A DNA stretch of 32,000 bases from Mycolicibacterium smegmatis (GTDB lineage Bacteria > Actinomycetota > Actinomycetes > Mycobacteriales > Mycobacteriaceae), in NCBI RefSeq assembly GCF_001457595.1, contig NZ_LN831039.1:390001-422000 (forward strand), written 5' to 3'. Every line of letters starts with the position of its first letter. The stretch's first letter is position 1. Under the pieces are notes generated by a model. The model had not been told where the DNA came from and made no database searches. It saw only the letters and a program-made list of their open reading frames with translations. Shown one piece after another: positions 8,352 to 16,789 of this stretch. The translations under genes and the position numbers were made by a program.

Positions 8352-9941
8352 TCACCAGTAGCGGCGCAACCGGTCGCGGTAGTTGCGGCCGTCGGGGTCG
8401 TAGACCGCCCGGTACACCGGTTCGGCCCACGCGCGTGTGAGCAGTCCGAGGCGCTCAGGGCGGTGTGGGCGCAACCGCCCGGGTGGCCGGGGCCCGGTTC
8501 GTCCGCTGTCATACCAGGCCTGCAGAGCGTTCGCCGATGCGTTGACCGCCGCGACCGCGTCGCTCGGGTCGATCAGCGCCGCGTCGTCGTTTTTCCCGTC
8601 GAGGTCGAGATGCTCGCGCAACAACTTCAGACGCAGTTCACGCGCGAAGACACGGGCGCCGTCGCCGAGCCCGGCCGGGTCCCGGGGCTCACGTTCCTCG
8701 CGCTCGTCGTCGAGCACCGCACACGACAGTTCGCTGTCGTGCGTCCACGACCGGCGGTTGAAGTTGTCGCTGCCGACGCTGGCCCACACATCGTCGATCA
8801 CACACACCTTGGCATGAACGTAAACCGGTGTGCCTTTGTGGTTTTCCACGTCGAACACGTGCACACGGTCCGGTGCGGCCCGACGGCACGTGGCGATGGC
8901 CTGTTGCCGACCCACCTGGTTGGGCGGTAACGAGAGCCTGCCGTCCACATCCGGGTGTCGCGGCACCACCGCGATCAGGTGCAGATCGGGATTGGCCGCC
9001 AGCGCCGCGGCGAACAACCGCGAAACCTGTTTGGACCACAGATACTGGTCCTCCAGATAGATCAGCCGCCTGGCGCGCAGCACGGCCTTGGTGTAGCCGC
9101 GAGCGATGCTGCGTTCACCGCGTGGGGCGAAGTCGTATTCGAAGTGCGCGTCGGGGTAAGTACGCAGCACCTGGACGGCCTGGGTCCCGCACGGCGGGGG
9201 ATCCGGTGGCCGGCCGGGCAGCGGATCCGCGCTCAGGTCGCTGCGGCGCAGCTTGTCGGTGATCCAGGCGATCGGCGAGAGCATGTCCAGCGGCGCCGGG
9301 TCGGTCCAGCGCTCCCGGAACGTGAGGTCGAGGGCGCCCACCGCGGGGCCCCGGATCTGTAACTGCGCATCGTGCCACGGTGGGTGGTCGCCGTACTGCC
9401 TGCCCATCGGTACGGCCTGCGGGTCGCCACGATGCGCGGCGTCATCCCGTCGGGAATGACACAGATCGATACCGCCGGCAAAGGCGACGTCCCGCTGGGG
9501 TGACGCCGGGTGACGCAGCACCACCAGTTTCTGGTGGTGGGAACCGCCGATGCGCACCCGCTGGTCGAGCAGCACCTCACCGCCTGCGCGTTCGATCGCC
9601 TCGCCGAGGTGCCGGTTCTGCTCCTCGCTGTAGGCGAACTGGTCCAGATGCGAGCGCCACATGAGGCCCTTGACCACCACACCGCGCTGCGCGGCACGGC
9701 AGAAGAGTTCGGCGATCGTCGGTCCGCCGTCACGGGTCCTCTCGTCGGGATCACCGCGCCAGTCGGTGAAGAACAGGTGGTCACCGCGGCCCAGTTTCTC
9801 GACCTCGTCGGTGAGGCGGTCGAAGTAGGTCGCGCCGTGGACCAGGACCTCGATGTCGTTGCCGGTGCACCAGTCCGGCAACGACGTGTGCGGGTTCCCG
9901 CGCTCCTCTGCGGTCAGGAACCAGTCGGCCAGCCCAGCCAT
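8352..9941 (-). CDS. Phospholipase D family protein (two HKD motifs)
   Basis: SHHQKLVVLRHPASPQRDVAFAGGIDL and YVHAKVCVIDDVWASVGSDNFNRRSW. Start at MAGLADWF (9941); the ORF extends to 10022. Confidence 0.88.
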   Translation of the reverse strand: MAGLADWFLTAEERGNPHTSLPDWCTGNDIEVLVHGATYFDRLTDEVEKLGRGDHLFFTDWRGDPDERTRDGGPTIAELFCRAAQRGVVVKGLMWRSHLDQFAYSEEQNRHLGEAIERAGGEVLLDQRVRIGGSHHQKLVVLRHPASPQRDVAFAGGIDLCHSRRDDAAHRGDPQAVPMGRQYGDHPPWHDAQLQIRGPAVGALDLTFRERWTDPAPLDMLSPIAWITDKLRRSDLSADPLPGRPPDPPPCGTQAVQVLRTYPDAHFEYDFAPRGERSIARGYTKAVLRARRLIYLEDQYLWSKQVSRLFAAALAANPDLHLIAVVPRHPDVDGRLSLPPNQVGRQQAIATCRRAAPDRVHVFDVENHKGTPVYVHAKVCVIDDVWASVGSDNFNRRSWTHDSELSCAVLDDEREEREPRDPAGLGDGARVFARELRLKLLREHLDLDGKNDDAALIDPSDAVAAVNASANALQAWYDSGRTGPRPPGRLRPHRPERLGLLTRAWAEPVYRAVYDPDGRNYRDRLRRYW

Positions 9942-10020
9942 CACGCCACCTCCAGCGCCCGCCGGCGAGTAGTTTGATCGGTCGGAGCGGGCATACCCGT
10001 TTCTCTGATCACCTAGCCGC

Positions 10021-11067
10021 ATGCCGTGGAACGAGGATGAGGGAATGCCGCCGGTCCTGAGCGACCCGAGAACTGTGGTCTTTGCGCTCTACGACAAGGT
10101 GACGTTGGCCGACGTCGCTGCCCCGTTGGAAATTTTTGCCCGCGCAAACGATTTCGGCGCGAACTACACCGTCCTGCTCGCCTCGCTCACGGGGACCGCT
10201 GTCGGCACGACGGCGTTCGCGAAGCTGGACGCCAACGTTGCGCTCGACGAGGTTCCCGCTGCGGTCGACACGCTGGTGGTACCGGGTGGCGTGCCCGCCG
10301 GATTCTCGTTCACCCCTGGCCTGCATGATATTCCGGAAGAACCGACGCCTGACACCATCCCCGACGCCGTGCACCTGGTGCGCCACCTGGCGCCGCGGGC
10401 GCGTCGCGTCGCGTCGGTCTGTACCGGTGCCTTCGTCCTGGCCGCACTCGGGCTGCTGAACGGCCGTCGTGCGACGACGCACTGGGCCCACTGCCAGACG
10501 CTCGCCCGCAACTACCCGCACGTGCGCGTCGATCCCGATTCGTTGTTCGTGCAGGACGGCCGATTCTTCACCGGCGCCGGGATATCGGCGGGTACCGATC
10601 TGGCGCTCGCGCTGGTGGAGAGTGACCACGGGCCCACCATGGCGCGCCGGGTTGCGCGGTGGATGGTCGTGTTCCTGCAACGTCCGGGCGGACAGGCCCA
10701 GTTCAGCGTGTGGTCCGGACTTCCTGCGGCTGACGGCCTGCGGGAGATCATGGATTCGGTGATCGCCGACCCGGGCGCCGACCATTCACTTGCCGCGCTG
10801 GCCGCGCGGGCAGCGGTGAGTGAACGCCATCTCGTGCGGATGTTCCGTGAGCAGGTCGGGATGACACCCGCGCGGTTCGTCGAACAGGCGCGCCTGGAGG
10901 CTGCCAAAGTGCTTCTCGCAACAGGTGATCAGGCCCAGGACGCCGTCGCGCGACTCGTCGGGTTCGGCAGCCCGGACACCATGCGCAGAACGTTCCGCAG
11001 AAACCTCGGGATTTCGCCGGGGCTGTACCGCAACCGCTTCCGGACCACCGGCATCGACCCGCAGTGA
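10021..11067 (+). CDS. GlxA-family transcriptional regulator (DJ-1/PfpI domain + AraC-type HTH)
   Basis: 348 aa; N-terminal FALYDKVTLADVAAPLEIFARAN, VCTGAFVLAALGLLNGRRATTHW; C-terminal AARAAVSERHLVRMFREQVGMTPARFVEQARLEAAKVLL and VGFGSPDTMRRTFRRNLGISPGLYR. Confidence 0.92.
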   Translation: MPWNEDEGMPPVLSDPRTVVFALYDKVTLADVAAPLEIFARANDFGANYTVLLASLTGTAVGTTAFAKLDANVALDEVPAAVDTLVVPGGVPAGFSFTPGLHDIPEEPTPDTIPDAVHLVRHLAPRARRVASVCTGAFVLAALGLLNGRRATTHWAHCQTLARNYPHVRVDPDSLFVQDGRFFTGAGISAGTDLALALVESDHGPTMARRVARWMVVFLQRPGGQAQFSVWSGLPAADGLREIMDSVIADPGADHSLAALAARAAVSERHLVRMFREQVGMTPARFVEQARLEAAKVLLATGDQAQDAVARLVGFGSPDTMRRTFRRNLGISPGLYRNRFRTTGIDPQ

Positions 11068-11134
11068 CGGACACCTTGCGTGCAGATCCGGACATCGGCA
11101 GGCGACGGACGCGGAAGCGAACCACGCTGATGGC

Positions 11135-11875
11135 ATGCGGCTCCAGCATTTCATCGGCGGGTTGGAGGGGCTGACCGGGCCTCTCGATTTCGAGAAACGG
11201 GTCTTCGTAGAAGACTGGGAGAAGCGGATATTCGGCATTCACGTGGCGATGATGGCGCTGAGCACACATCTGGGGGAGGCGCTGCCCGGGTATCCCGTCG
11301 CCGACGTGCCGACCACGTTCCGCGAGAAGTGGACCTGGGCCCATCTGCGCACCGGCGCCGAGGGAATGAATCCGTTCGACTACTTCAAGTTTCGCTACTA
11401 CGAGAAGTGGCTGGGCGGCATCAGCCAGTTCTTCGTCGACAAGGGATATCTGTCGGAAGACGAGATACGCGCCGCGCCAGTCGGTTCGCCACCGAAGGCC
11501 ACAGCGCCCGGCGGGAAAGCGGCCATCGACGATCAGGTTCTCGACTACCTCCGACGCGGTGACAGCCCTCGACGCGGCCCGGCGAGGCCTAGGTTCGCTC
11601 CCGGCGACACGGTACGGATCGCCGACGTCCCCGCAGGCGAGCACACGCGGCTGCCGGGATATCTGCGCAACCGGACCGGGACCGTGGAGCGCTGTTTCGA
11701 AGGCGAGTACTCCTACTTCGTCCACACCGGCGACGGAATCGGTGACCCCATGCCGATCTACATCGTCGAATTCACGCCCCGAGAACTGTGGGGTGCTCGT
11801 GCCGAACCCGGCGCGAGCGCGCTCTACGCAGAGTTGTTCGAGGCATATCTGTCACCAGTTGAGGAGGACCAGTGA
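11135..11875 (+). CDS. Nitrile hydratase beta subunit
   Basis: MRLQHFIGGLEGLTGPLDFEK...FEKRVFVEDWEKRIFGIHVAMM; C-terminal FAPGDTVRIADVPAGEHTRLPGYLRNRTGTVE...YIVEFTPRELWG. Confidence 0.9.
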   Translation: MRLQHFIGGLEGLTGPLDFEKRVFVEDWEKRIFGIHVAMMALSTHLGEALPGYPVADVPTTFREKWTWAHLRTGAEGMNPFDYFKFRYYEKWLGGISQFFVDKGYLSEDEIRAAPVGSPPKATAPGGKAAIDDQVLDYLRRGDSPRRGPARPRFAPGDTVRIADVPAGEHTRLPGYLRNRTGTVERCFEGEYSYFVHTGDGIGDPMPIYIVEFTPRELWGARAEPGASALYAELFEAYLSPVEEDQ

Positions 11876-12492
11876 GTGATCAGTTCGCCTATCCGGCCGA
11901 TCGTGAACAGGACAGCGCGTGGCGGGTCGCGGCGCTCGAACGCCTGCTGATCGAGAAGGGTGTCATCACCGACCAGACCGTCGACAAGGTGCTGGGCTAC
12001 TTCGAATCCGAGATGACACCGCTGAACGGCAAGAAGATCGTCGTGAAGGCCTGGACCGACCCGGATTTCGCGGCGCGCGTGGTGACGGATACTCCCGCGG
12101 CCCTGGCCGAACTGGACCTCCCCGAGGGGATGGCCGGCGCCGAGGGCGAACACATCCAGGCCGTCGCAAACGCCCCCGGCATCCACAACCTGGTGATCTG
12201 CACGCTGTGTTCGTGCTTTCCGTGGCCGGTCCTCGGGCTGCCGCCGTACTGGTACAAGGACCCCGTGTTCCGCGCGAGGGCCGCGAGTGAACCCCGCACG
12301 GTACTGGCCGAGGTCGGCGTCGACCTGCCGGACGACACCGAGATCAGGGTGTGGGATTCCAGCGGGCACTCCCGGTGGTTCGTCATCCCCGAACGGCCCG
12401 CAGGCACCGAGGAACTCACCGACGAGCAACTCATGGACCTCGTCACCACCGAGTCGATGATCGGCGTGGCCCTGGCGGGGCGGCCGGCATGA
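11872..12492 (+). CDS. Nitrile hydratase alpha subunit, cobalt-type
   Basis: Metal-site motif ICTLCSCFPWPVLGLPPYWYKDPVFRAR (Thr form CTLCSC); overlaps the beta stop; GTG start. Confidence 0.92.
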   Translation: MSDQFAYPADREQDSAWRVAALERLLIEKGVITDQTVDKVLGYFESEMTPLNGKKIVVKAWTDPDFAARVVTDTPAALAELDLPEGMAGAEGEHIQAVANAPGIHNLVICTLCSCFPWPVLGLPPYWYKDPVFRARAASEPRTVLAEVGVDLPDDTEIRVWDSSGHSRWFVIPERPAGTEELTDEQLMDLVTTESMIGVALAGRPA

Positions 12493-12770
12493 AACTCCAC
12501 CAGACGTGCACCACTGACCAGGCGGCACCTTCCTTCGACCACGAGTGGCAGCGCCGGGCGTTCGGCCTCGCCCTGGCACTGTCGGAGTTCGGCCACTACC
12601 CATGGAGCGAGTTCCAGCAGAGCCTCATCGACGCGATCGGCGCCTGGGAGACCACAGGGGGTTCGGATTCCGATTCCCATGCCGACTGGCAGTACTACGA
12701 CCACTGGGTCGCCGCACTCGAAAAGGTCGTCGCACAGCGGGGCCTTCTCGCCGGCGCCGCGGGTTCGTGA
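12489..12770 (+). CDS. Nitrile hydratase accessory/activator protein (P14K/beta-homolog type)
   Basis: ATGA overlap with the alpha stop; FDHEWQRRAFGLALALSEFGHYPWSEFQQSLIDAIGAWE resembles the N-terminal domain of the beta subunit and of activator proteins. Confidence 0.85.
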   Translation: MKLHQTCTTDQAAPSFDHEWQRRAFGLALALSEFGHYPWSEFQQSLIDAIGAWETTGGSDSDSHADWQYYDHWVAALEKVVAQRGLLAGAAGS

Positions 12771-12776
12771 ACAGTT

Positions 12777-12792
12777 GTTGAAACGGTTCAAC
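12777..12792. other. Perfect inverted repeat GTTGAA-ACGG-TTCAAC just after the nitrile hydratase operon
   Basis: 6-bp arms, 4-nt spacer, 6 nt after the stop codon. Confidence 0.35.
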
Positions 12793-13480
12793 GAAAAGGG
12801 AATGCCGTACTTTTCGGCTGGGAATTGACGACGGCGCCAAGTTCGCCTCACGGCCACAAAGGGCTCTTGTGATGCGGTATGAGTCGTCACCACGTTGCCA
12901 GTGCCGCCATCTGCGCCGAGGCGAGTCCTCGGCAAAGCGACCACACCGTGCGCTCCCGACATCGCCCTGAGATATCGGCGGGTACCGGCGGTTCGGCGAC
13001 CCATCAGGCGGGAGTGGTGGTTTGAATGGCTCGTCCCCGCTGAAGGTAGGCGTCACATCGTGGTGGACGGGCCTTTTGTGGACCGTACTGTTCGGGTCCG
13101 CTGGAGGGGAGCGGTGTGCACCCAATTGATGGACGGATCGTCACCGTTTGGTCAGAGATGGGCCCTCAGCAAACGCCGATCGATCTTGAGAAAATTCGCT
13201 GCTAGGGTGGTCGCTGGTCACTAGTGCCTGTGAATTTGCTGTCTCATTTATTTGGTCGATGTTTGCTGAGTGAACACGCTGTTGCGTGTTTGCTTGCGCG
13301 AGTTATCGTGCGGCGCATACCGATTGCGTATCCGCTGGGCAACGGTCTGATACGCCAGTGCCAGTCATGGTTTACTCTTCAGGACCAGGCTGCGCCCCCC
13401 CGTGGTGCCGCGCGCTGCGATCCCGTCGCAGCAGTGATGTTGGGTGTGGATAGGGGAGGAGATCTACGATTTTTCGGCTC

Positions 13481-13900
13481 GTGAGGCGGCTGTGGATTCC
13501 GCTGTTGGTGATTGCGGTGGTCGCCGTTGGCGGCTTCACCGTCTCGCGGTTGCACAACGTCTTCGGCGCCGAGAAGCGTGTGGCGTATTCAGACACCAAA
13601 GCCACCGACTCCAAGCCCTTCAATCCCAAGAAACTGGTTTACGAGGTTTTCGGTCCTCCCGGCACCGTCGCGAGTATCAGCTACTTCGATGAGAATTCCG
13701 ACCCGCAGTTCGTCGAGGGTGTCAGCCTGCCCTGGGTCCTGGAATTCGACATCAACAAGGCCACCGCCGTCGGAAGCCTCATGGCCCAAGGCGACAGCAG
13801 CAGTATCGGGTGCCGTATCAAAGTTGACGACGAGGTCAAGGCCGAGAAGGTCTCGAATCAGACAAACGCCTTCACCTCCTGCCTGTTGAAGGCCGCATGA
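13481..13900 (+). CDS. mmpS4: MmpS family membrane protein (MmpS4-like), GPL export accessory
   Basis: 139 aa; N-terminal TM segment, [61 protein letters not shown] start. Overlaps the downstream mmpL start. Confidence 0.9.
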   Translation: MRRLWIPLLVIAVVAVGGFTVSRLHNVFGAEKRVAYSDTKATDSKPFNPKKLVYEVFGPPGTVASISYFDENSDPQFVEGVSLPWVLEFDINKATAVGSLMAQGDSSSIGCRIKVDDEVKAEKVSNQTNAFTSCLLKAA

Positions 13901-16779
13901 GCGAGACGACAGTGACTCAGGACCAGCAGCGCAGGCCGCGGATCGCCTCGTTCATCCGCCGGTTCTCAGTCCTGATCATCCTGGCCTGGATCGGCGTGGC
14001 GGTCGTGGCGACAGTCGTGATCCCTCCACTCGAAGTCGTCGAGCGTGAGCACTCGGTCTCGCTGAGCCCCGCGGATGCCCCGTCGGTGAAGGCCATGAAA
14101 CAGATGGGCATCCTGTTCGAGGAGTCGAACTCCGAGAGCATCGCCGTCCTGGTCCTCGAGGGACAGGATCGGCTGGGCGACGACGCCCACGCGTACTACG
14201 ACAAGATCATCGACCAGCTCGAAGCTGACACCGAGCACGTCCAGCACGTCCAGGACTTCTGGGGTGACCCGCTGACGGCGGGCGCCGCGGAGAGCGCCGA
14301 CGGCAAGGCTGCCTACGTCCAGCTCAACCTGCACGGCAGCTTCGGCCAGGCAGAGGGCACGGCATCGGTGCGTGCCGTCCAGGACATTGTCAAGAACACT
14401 CCCGCGCCGGAAGGTGTGACGGCATACGTCACAGGACCGGCCGCGATCGTCGCGGATATGGGCCAGAGCGGCAACCGCACGGTCCTGCTCATCACCCTGG
14501 TCACCGTCGGCGTCATCTTCCTGATGCTGCTCCTGCTCTACCGCAGGCTGCTCATCGTGCTGATCCTGTTGGCCACTGTCGCAATCGAGCTGCAGGTGGC
14601 GCGCGGCCTGGTCGCGTTCCTCGCATTGCACGGCATTGTCGGCTTGACCACCTACGTGGTGAACCTGCTCGTTTCGGTCGGTATCGCGGCAGGTACCGAC
14701 TACGGCATCTTCTTCGCTGGCCGCTATCAGGAGGCACGGCAGGCCGGCGAGGACCGGGAACAGGCTTTCTACACCTCGTTCAGCGGTGTGGCGAAGGTCG
14801 TCCTGGCCTCGGGTGCGACGATCGCCGGTGCCATCGCGTGCCTCAGTTTCACCCGGCTGCCCTACTTCCAGCCGCTCGGTATTCCTGGCGCGGTCGGTAT
14901 CGCGGTCGCCGTCGCGGTCGCACTCACTTTGGTTCCGGCCTGTATCGCTGCGACCAACCGTTTCGGCTGGTTCGACCCGAGACGTCTGGTGACCACGCGT
15001 CGTTGGCGGCGTATCGGGACAGCCGTGGTGCGGTGGCCGGCGCCGATCCTCATCGCGTCGATCGCCGTGGCGGTGATCGGCTTGTTGACGCTGCCCGGTT
15101 ACAACCCGAGCTACAGCGACCAGAAGTACATCCCGCAGGACATCCCGGCAAATCAGGGGTACGCGGCAGCGGCACGGCACTTCCCCGAGTCGAAGATGAC
15201 GACGCCGGACATCCTGCTGGTCGAGTCCGATCACGACATGCGGAACTCGGCCGATCTGCTCGTGCTGAACAAGCTGGCGAAAGCGGTCTTCGCGGTTCCC
15301 GGTGTTGCGAACATCCAGTCGGTGACGCGGCCTGAGGGCAAGCCGATCGAACACACGTCGATCCCGTTCATGCTCAGCATGTCCAACGCCAGCCAGCGGC
15401 TGAGCCTGCCATTCCAGCAGCAGCGCATGGAGGACATGCTCAAGCAGGCCGACGAGATGGCGACGACCATCGCGCTGATGCAACGTATGTATGCGTTGAT
15501 GCAGGAGATGGTCGGGATCACGCACCGGACGGTCGAGACGACCCATGAGGTGCACGCCACCATGGGCGAATTGCGCGACAACATCGCTGATTTCGACGAT
15601 TTCTGGCGTCCGCTGCGCAACTACCTCTACTGGGAAAAGCACTGCTACAACATCCCGCTGTGCTGGTCGATCAGATCCATCTTCGATGCGCTCGACGGCG
15701 TCAACGAGGTGACCGACAAGATGGGCGAGTTGGTCGAGAACCTCGATCGCCTCGACGAGTTGATGCCGCAGATGCTCCTGCAGTTCCCGCCCATGATCGC
15801 GACGATGCAGAACACGCGCGCGATGATGCTGACGATGCACGCGACGATGTCCGGCATCTTCTCGCAGATGGACGAGACCACTGAGAACGCGACGGCCATG
15901 GGTAAGGCCTTCGACCAGGCCAACAACGATGATTCGTTCTACCTACCGCCCGAGGTACTCGAGAACGACGATTTCAAACGCGTCATGGAGATCTTCCTGT
16001 CTCCCGACGGCAAGGCCGCGCGCATGTTGATCACCCAGCGCAGCGACCCGGCGACGCCGCAAGGCATTGCGCTCGTCGAACCGATCCGTATCGCGGCCGA
16101 GGAGGCCCTGAAGGGCACACCGCTCGAGAGCGCGAACATCTACCTCGCCGGAACGGCGGCGGGCGTGAAGGATCTGGTCGACGGTTCGAAGATCGACCTG
16201 ATGATCGCCGGTGTCGCCGCGCTCTGCCTGATCTTCATCATCATGCTGATAATGACGCGCAGCTTCGTGGCCGCGCTGGTCATCGTCGGCACGGTGGCTA
16301 TGTCGCTAGGCGCGTCGTTCGGCCTGTCGGTTCTGGTCTGGCAGCACCTTCTCGGCATCCAGATCAACTGGGTCGTGCTGGCGATGTCGGTCATCGTCTT
16401 GTTGGCGGTCGGGTCCGATTACAACCTGCTGCTCGTCTCCCGCATGAAGGAAGAGATCGGCGCAGGACTGAACACCGGCATCATCCGGGCGATGGGTGGG
16501 ACCGGAAAGGTCGTCACCGCAGCAGGTTTGGTGTTCGCGGCCACGATGGCGTCGATGATCGTCAGCGATCTTCTGACCATCGGCCAGGTGGGTACCACGA
16601 TCGGTCTCGGCCTGTTGTTCGACACCCTCATCGTGCGTGCCTTCATGGTCCCGTCCATTGCAGCGCTGCTCGGGCGCTGGTTCTGGTGGCCGCAGCGCGT
16701 GCGGCAGCGCCCGGCGAGCGCCATGCTCCGCCCGATCGGGCCCCGACCGCTCGTTCGTTCGCTGCTGCTGAGGGACTAG
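13897..16779 (+). CDS. mmpL4a: MmpL family RND transporter (MmpL4a-like)
   Basis: 960 aa; [18 protein letters not shown] and [24 protein letters not shown] MmpL motifs; [13 protein letters not shown]-terminus; follows mmpS4. Confidence 0.9.
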   Translation: MSETTVTQDQQRRPRIASFIRRFSVLIILAWIGVAVVATVVIPPLEVVEREHSVSLSPADAPSVKAMKQMGILFEESNSESIAVLVLEGQDRLGDDAHAYYDKIIDQLEADTEHVQHVQDFWGDPLTAGAAESADGKAAYVQLNLHGSFGQAEGTASVRAVQDIVKNTPAPEGVTAYVTGPAAIVADMGQSGNRTVLLITLVTVGVIFLMLLLLYRRLLIVLILLATVAIELQVARGLVAFLALHGIVGLTTYVVNLLVSVGIAAGTDYGIFFAGRYQEARQAGEDREQAFYTSFSGVAKVVLASGATIAGAIACLSFTRLPYFQPLGIPGAVGIAVAVAVALTLVPACIAATNRFGWFDPRRLVTTRRWRRIGTAVVRWPAPILIASIAVAVIGLLTLPGYNPSYSDQKYIPQDIPANQGYAAAARHFPESKMTTPDILLVESDHDMRNSADLLVLNKLAKAVFAVPGVANIQSVTRPEGKPIEHTSIPFMLSMSNASQRLSLPFQQQRMEDMLKQADEMATTIALMQRMYALMQEMVGITHRTVETTHEVHATMGELRDNIADFDDFWRPLRNYLYWEKHCYNIPLCWSIRSIFDALDGVNEVTDKMGELVENLDRLDELMPQMLLQFPPMIATMQNTRAMMLTMHATMSGIFSQMDETTENATAMGKAFDQANNDDSFYLPPEVLENDDFKRVMEIFLSPDGKAARMLITQRSDPATPQGIALVEPIRIAAEEALKGTPLESANIYLAGTAAGVKDLVDGSKIDLMIAGVAALCLIFIIMLIMTRSFVAALVIVGTVAMSLGASFGLSVLVWQHLLGIQINWVVLAMSVIVLLAVGSDYNLLLVSRMKEEIGAGLNTGIIRAMGGTGKVVTAAGLVFAATMASMIVSDLLTIGQVGTTIGLGLLFDTLIVRAFMVPSIAALLGRWFWWPQRVRQRPASAMLRPIGPRPLVRSLLLRD

Positions 16780-16789
16780 CGAAACCTGT

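Noticed and set aside
10925-11134. Extended N-terminus for the nitrile hydratase beta subunit (316-aa ORF)
   Set aside because: The first 70 codons overlap the AraC-type regulator and look like shadow sequence. The canonical beta N-terminus MRLQHFIGGLEG starts at 11135.
13389-13401. C7 tract upstream of mmpS4 as a second phase-variation switch
   Set aside because: It lies in non-coding DNA ~85 nt before the GTG start, with no clear promoter spacing it would alter. Kept only as a note.
12771-13480. Small ORFs of 166, 109 and 86 aa (reverse and forward) in the pre-mmpS4 region
   Set aside because: Biased composition, no recognisable motif and no convincing ribosome-binding context.
13966-15840. 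624-aa reverse-strand ORF (and similar long antisense ORFs at 16643-18373 and 9233-9784)
   Set aside because: Low-complexity, Arg/His/Asp-rich translations lying opposite clearly coding mmpL/PLD genes; typical shadow ORFs in high-GC DNA.
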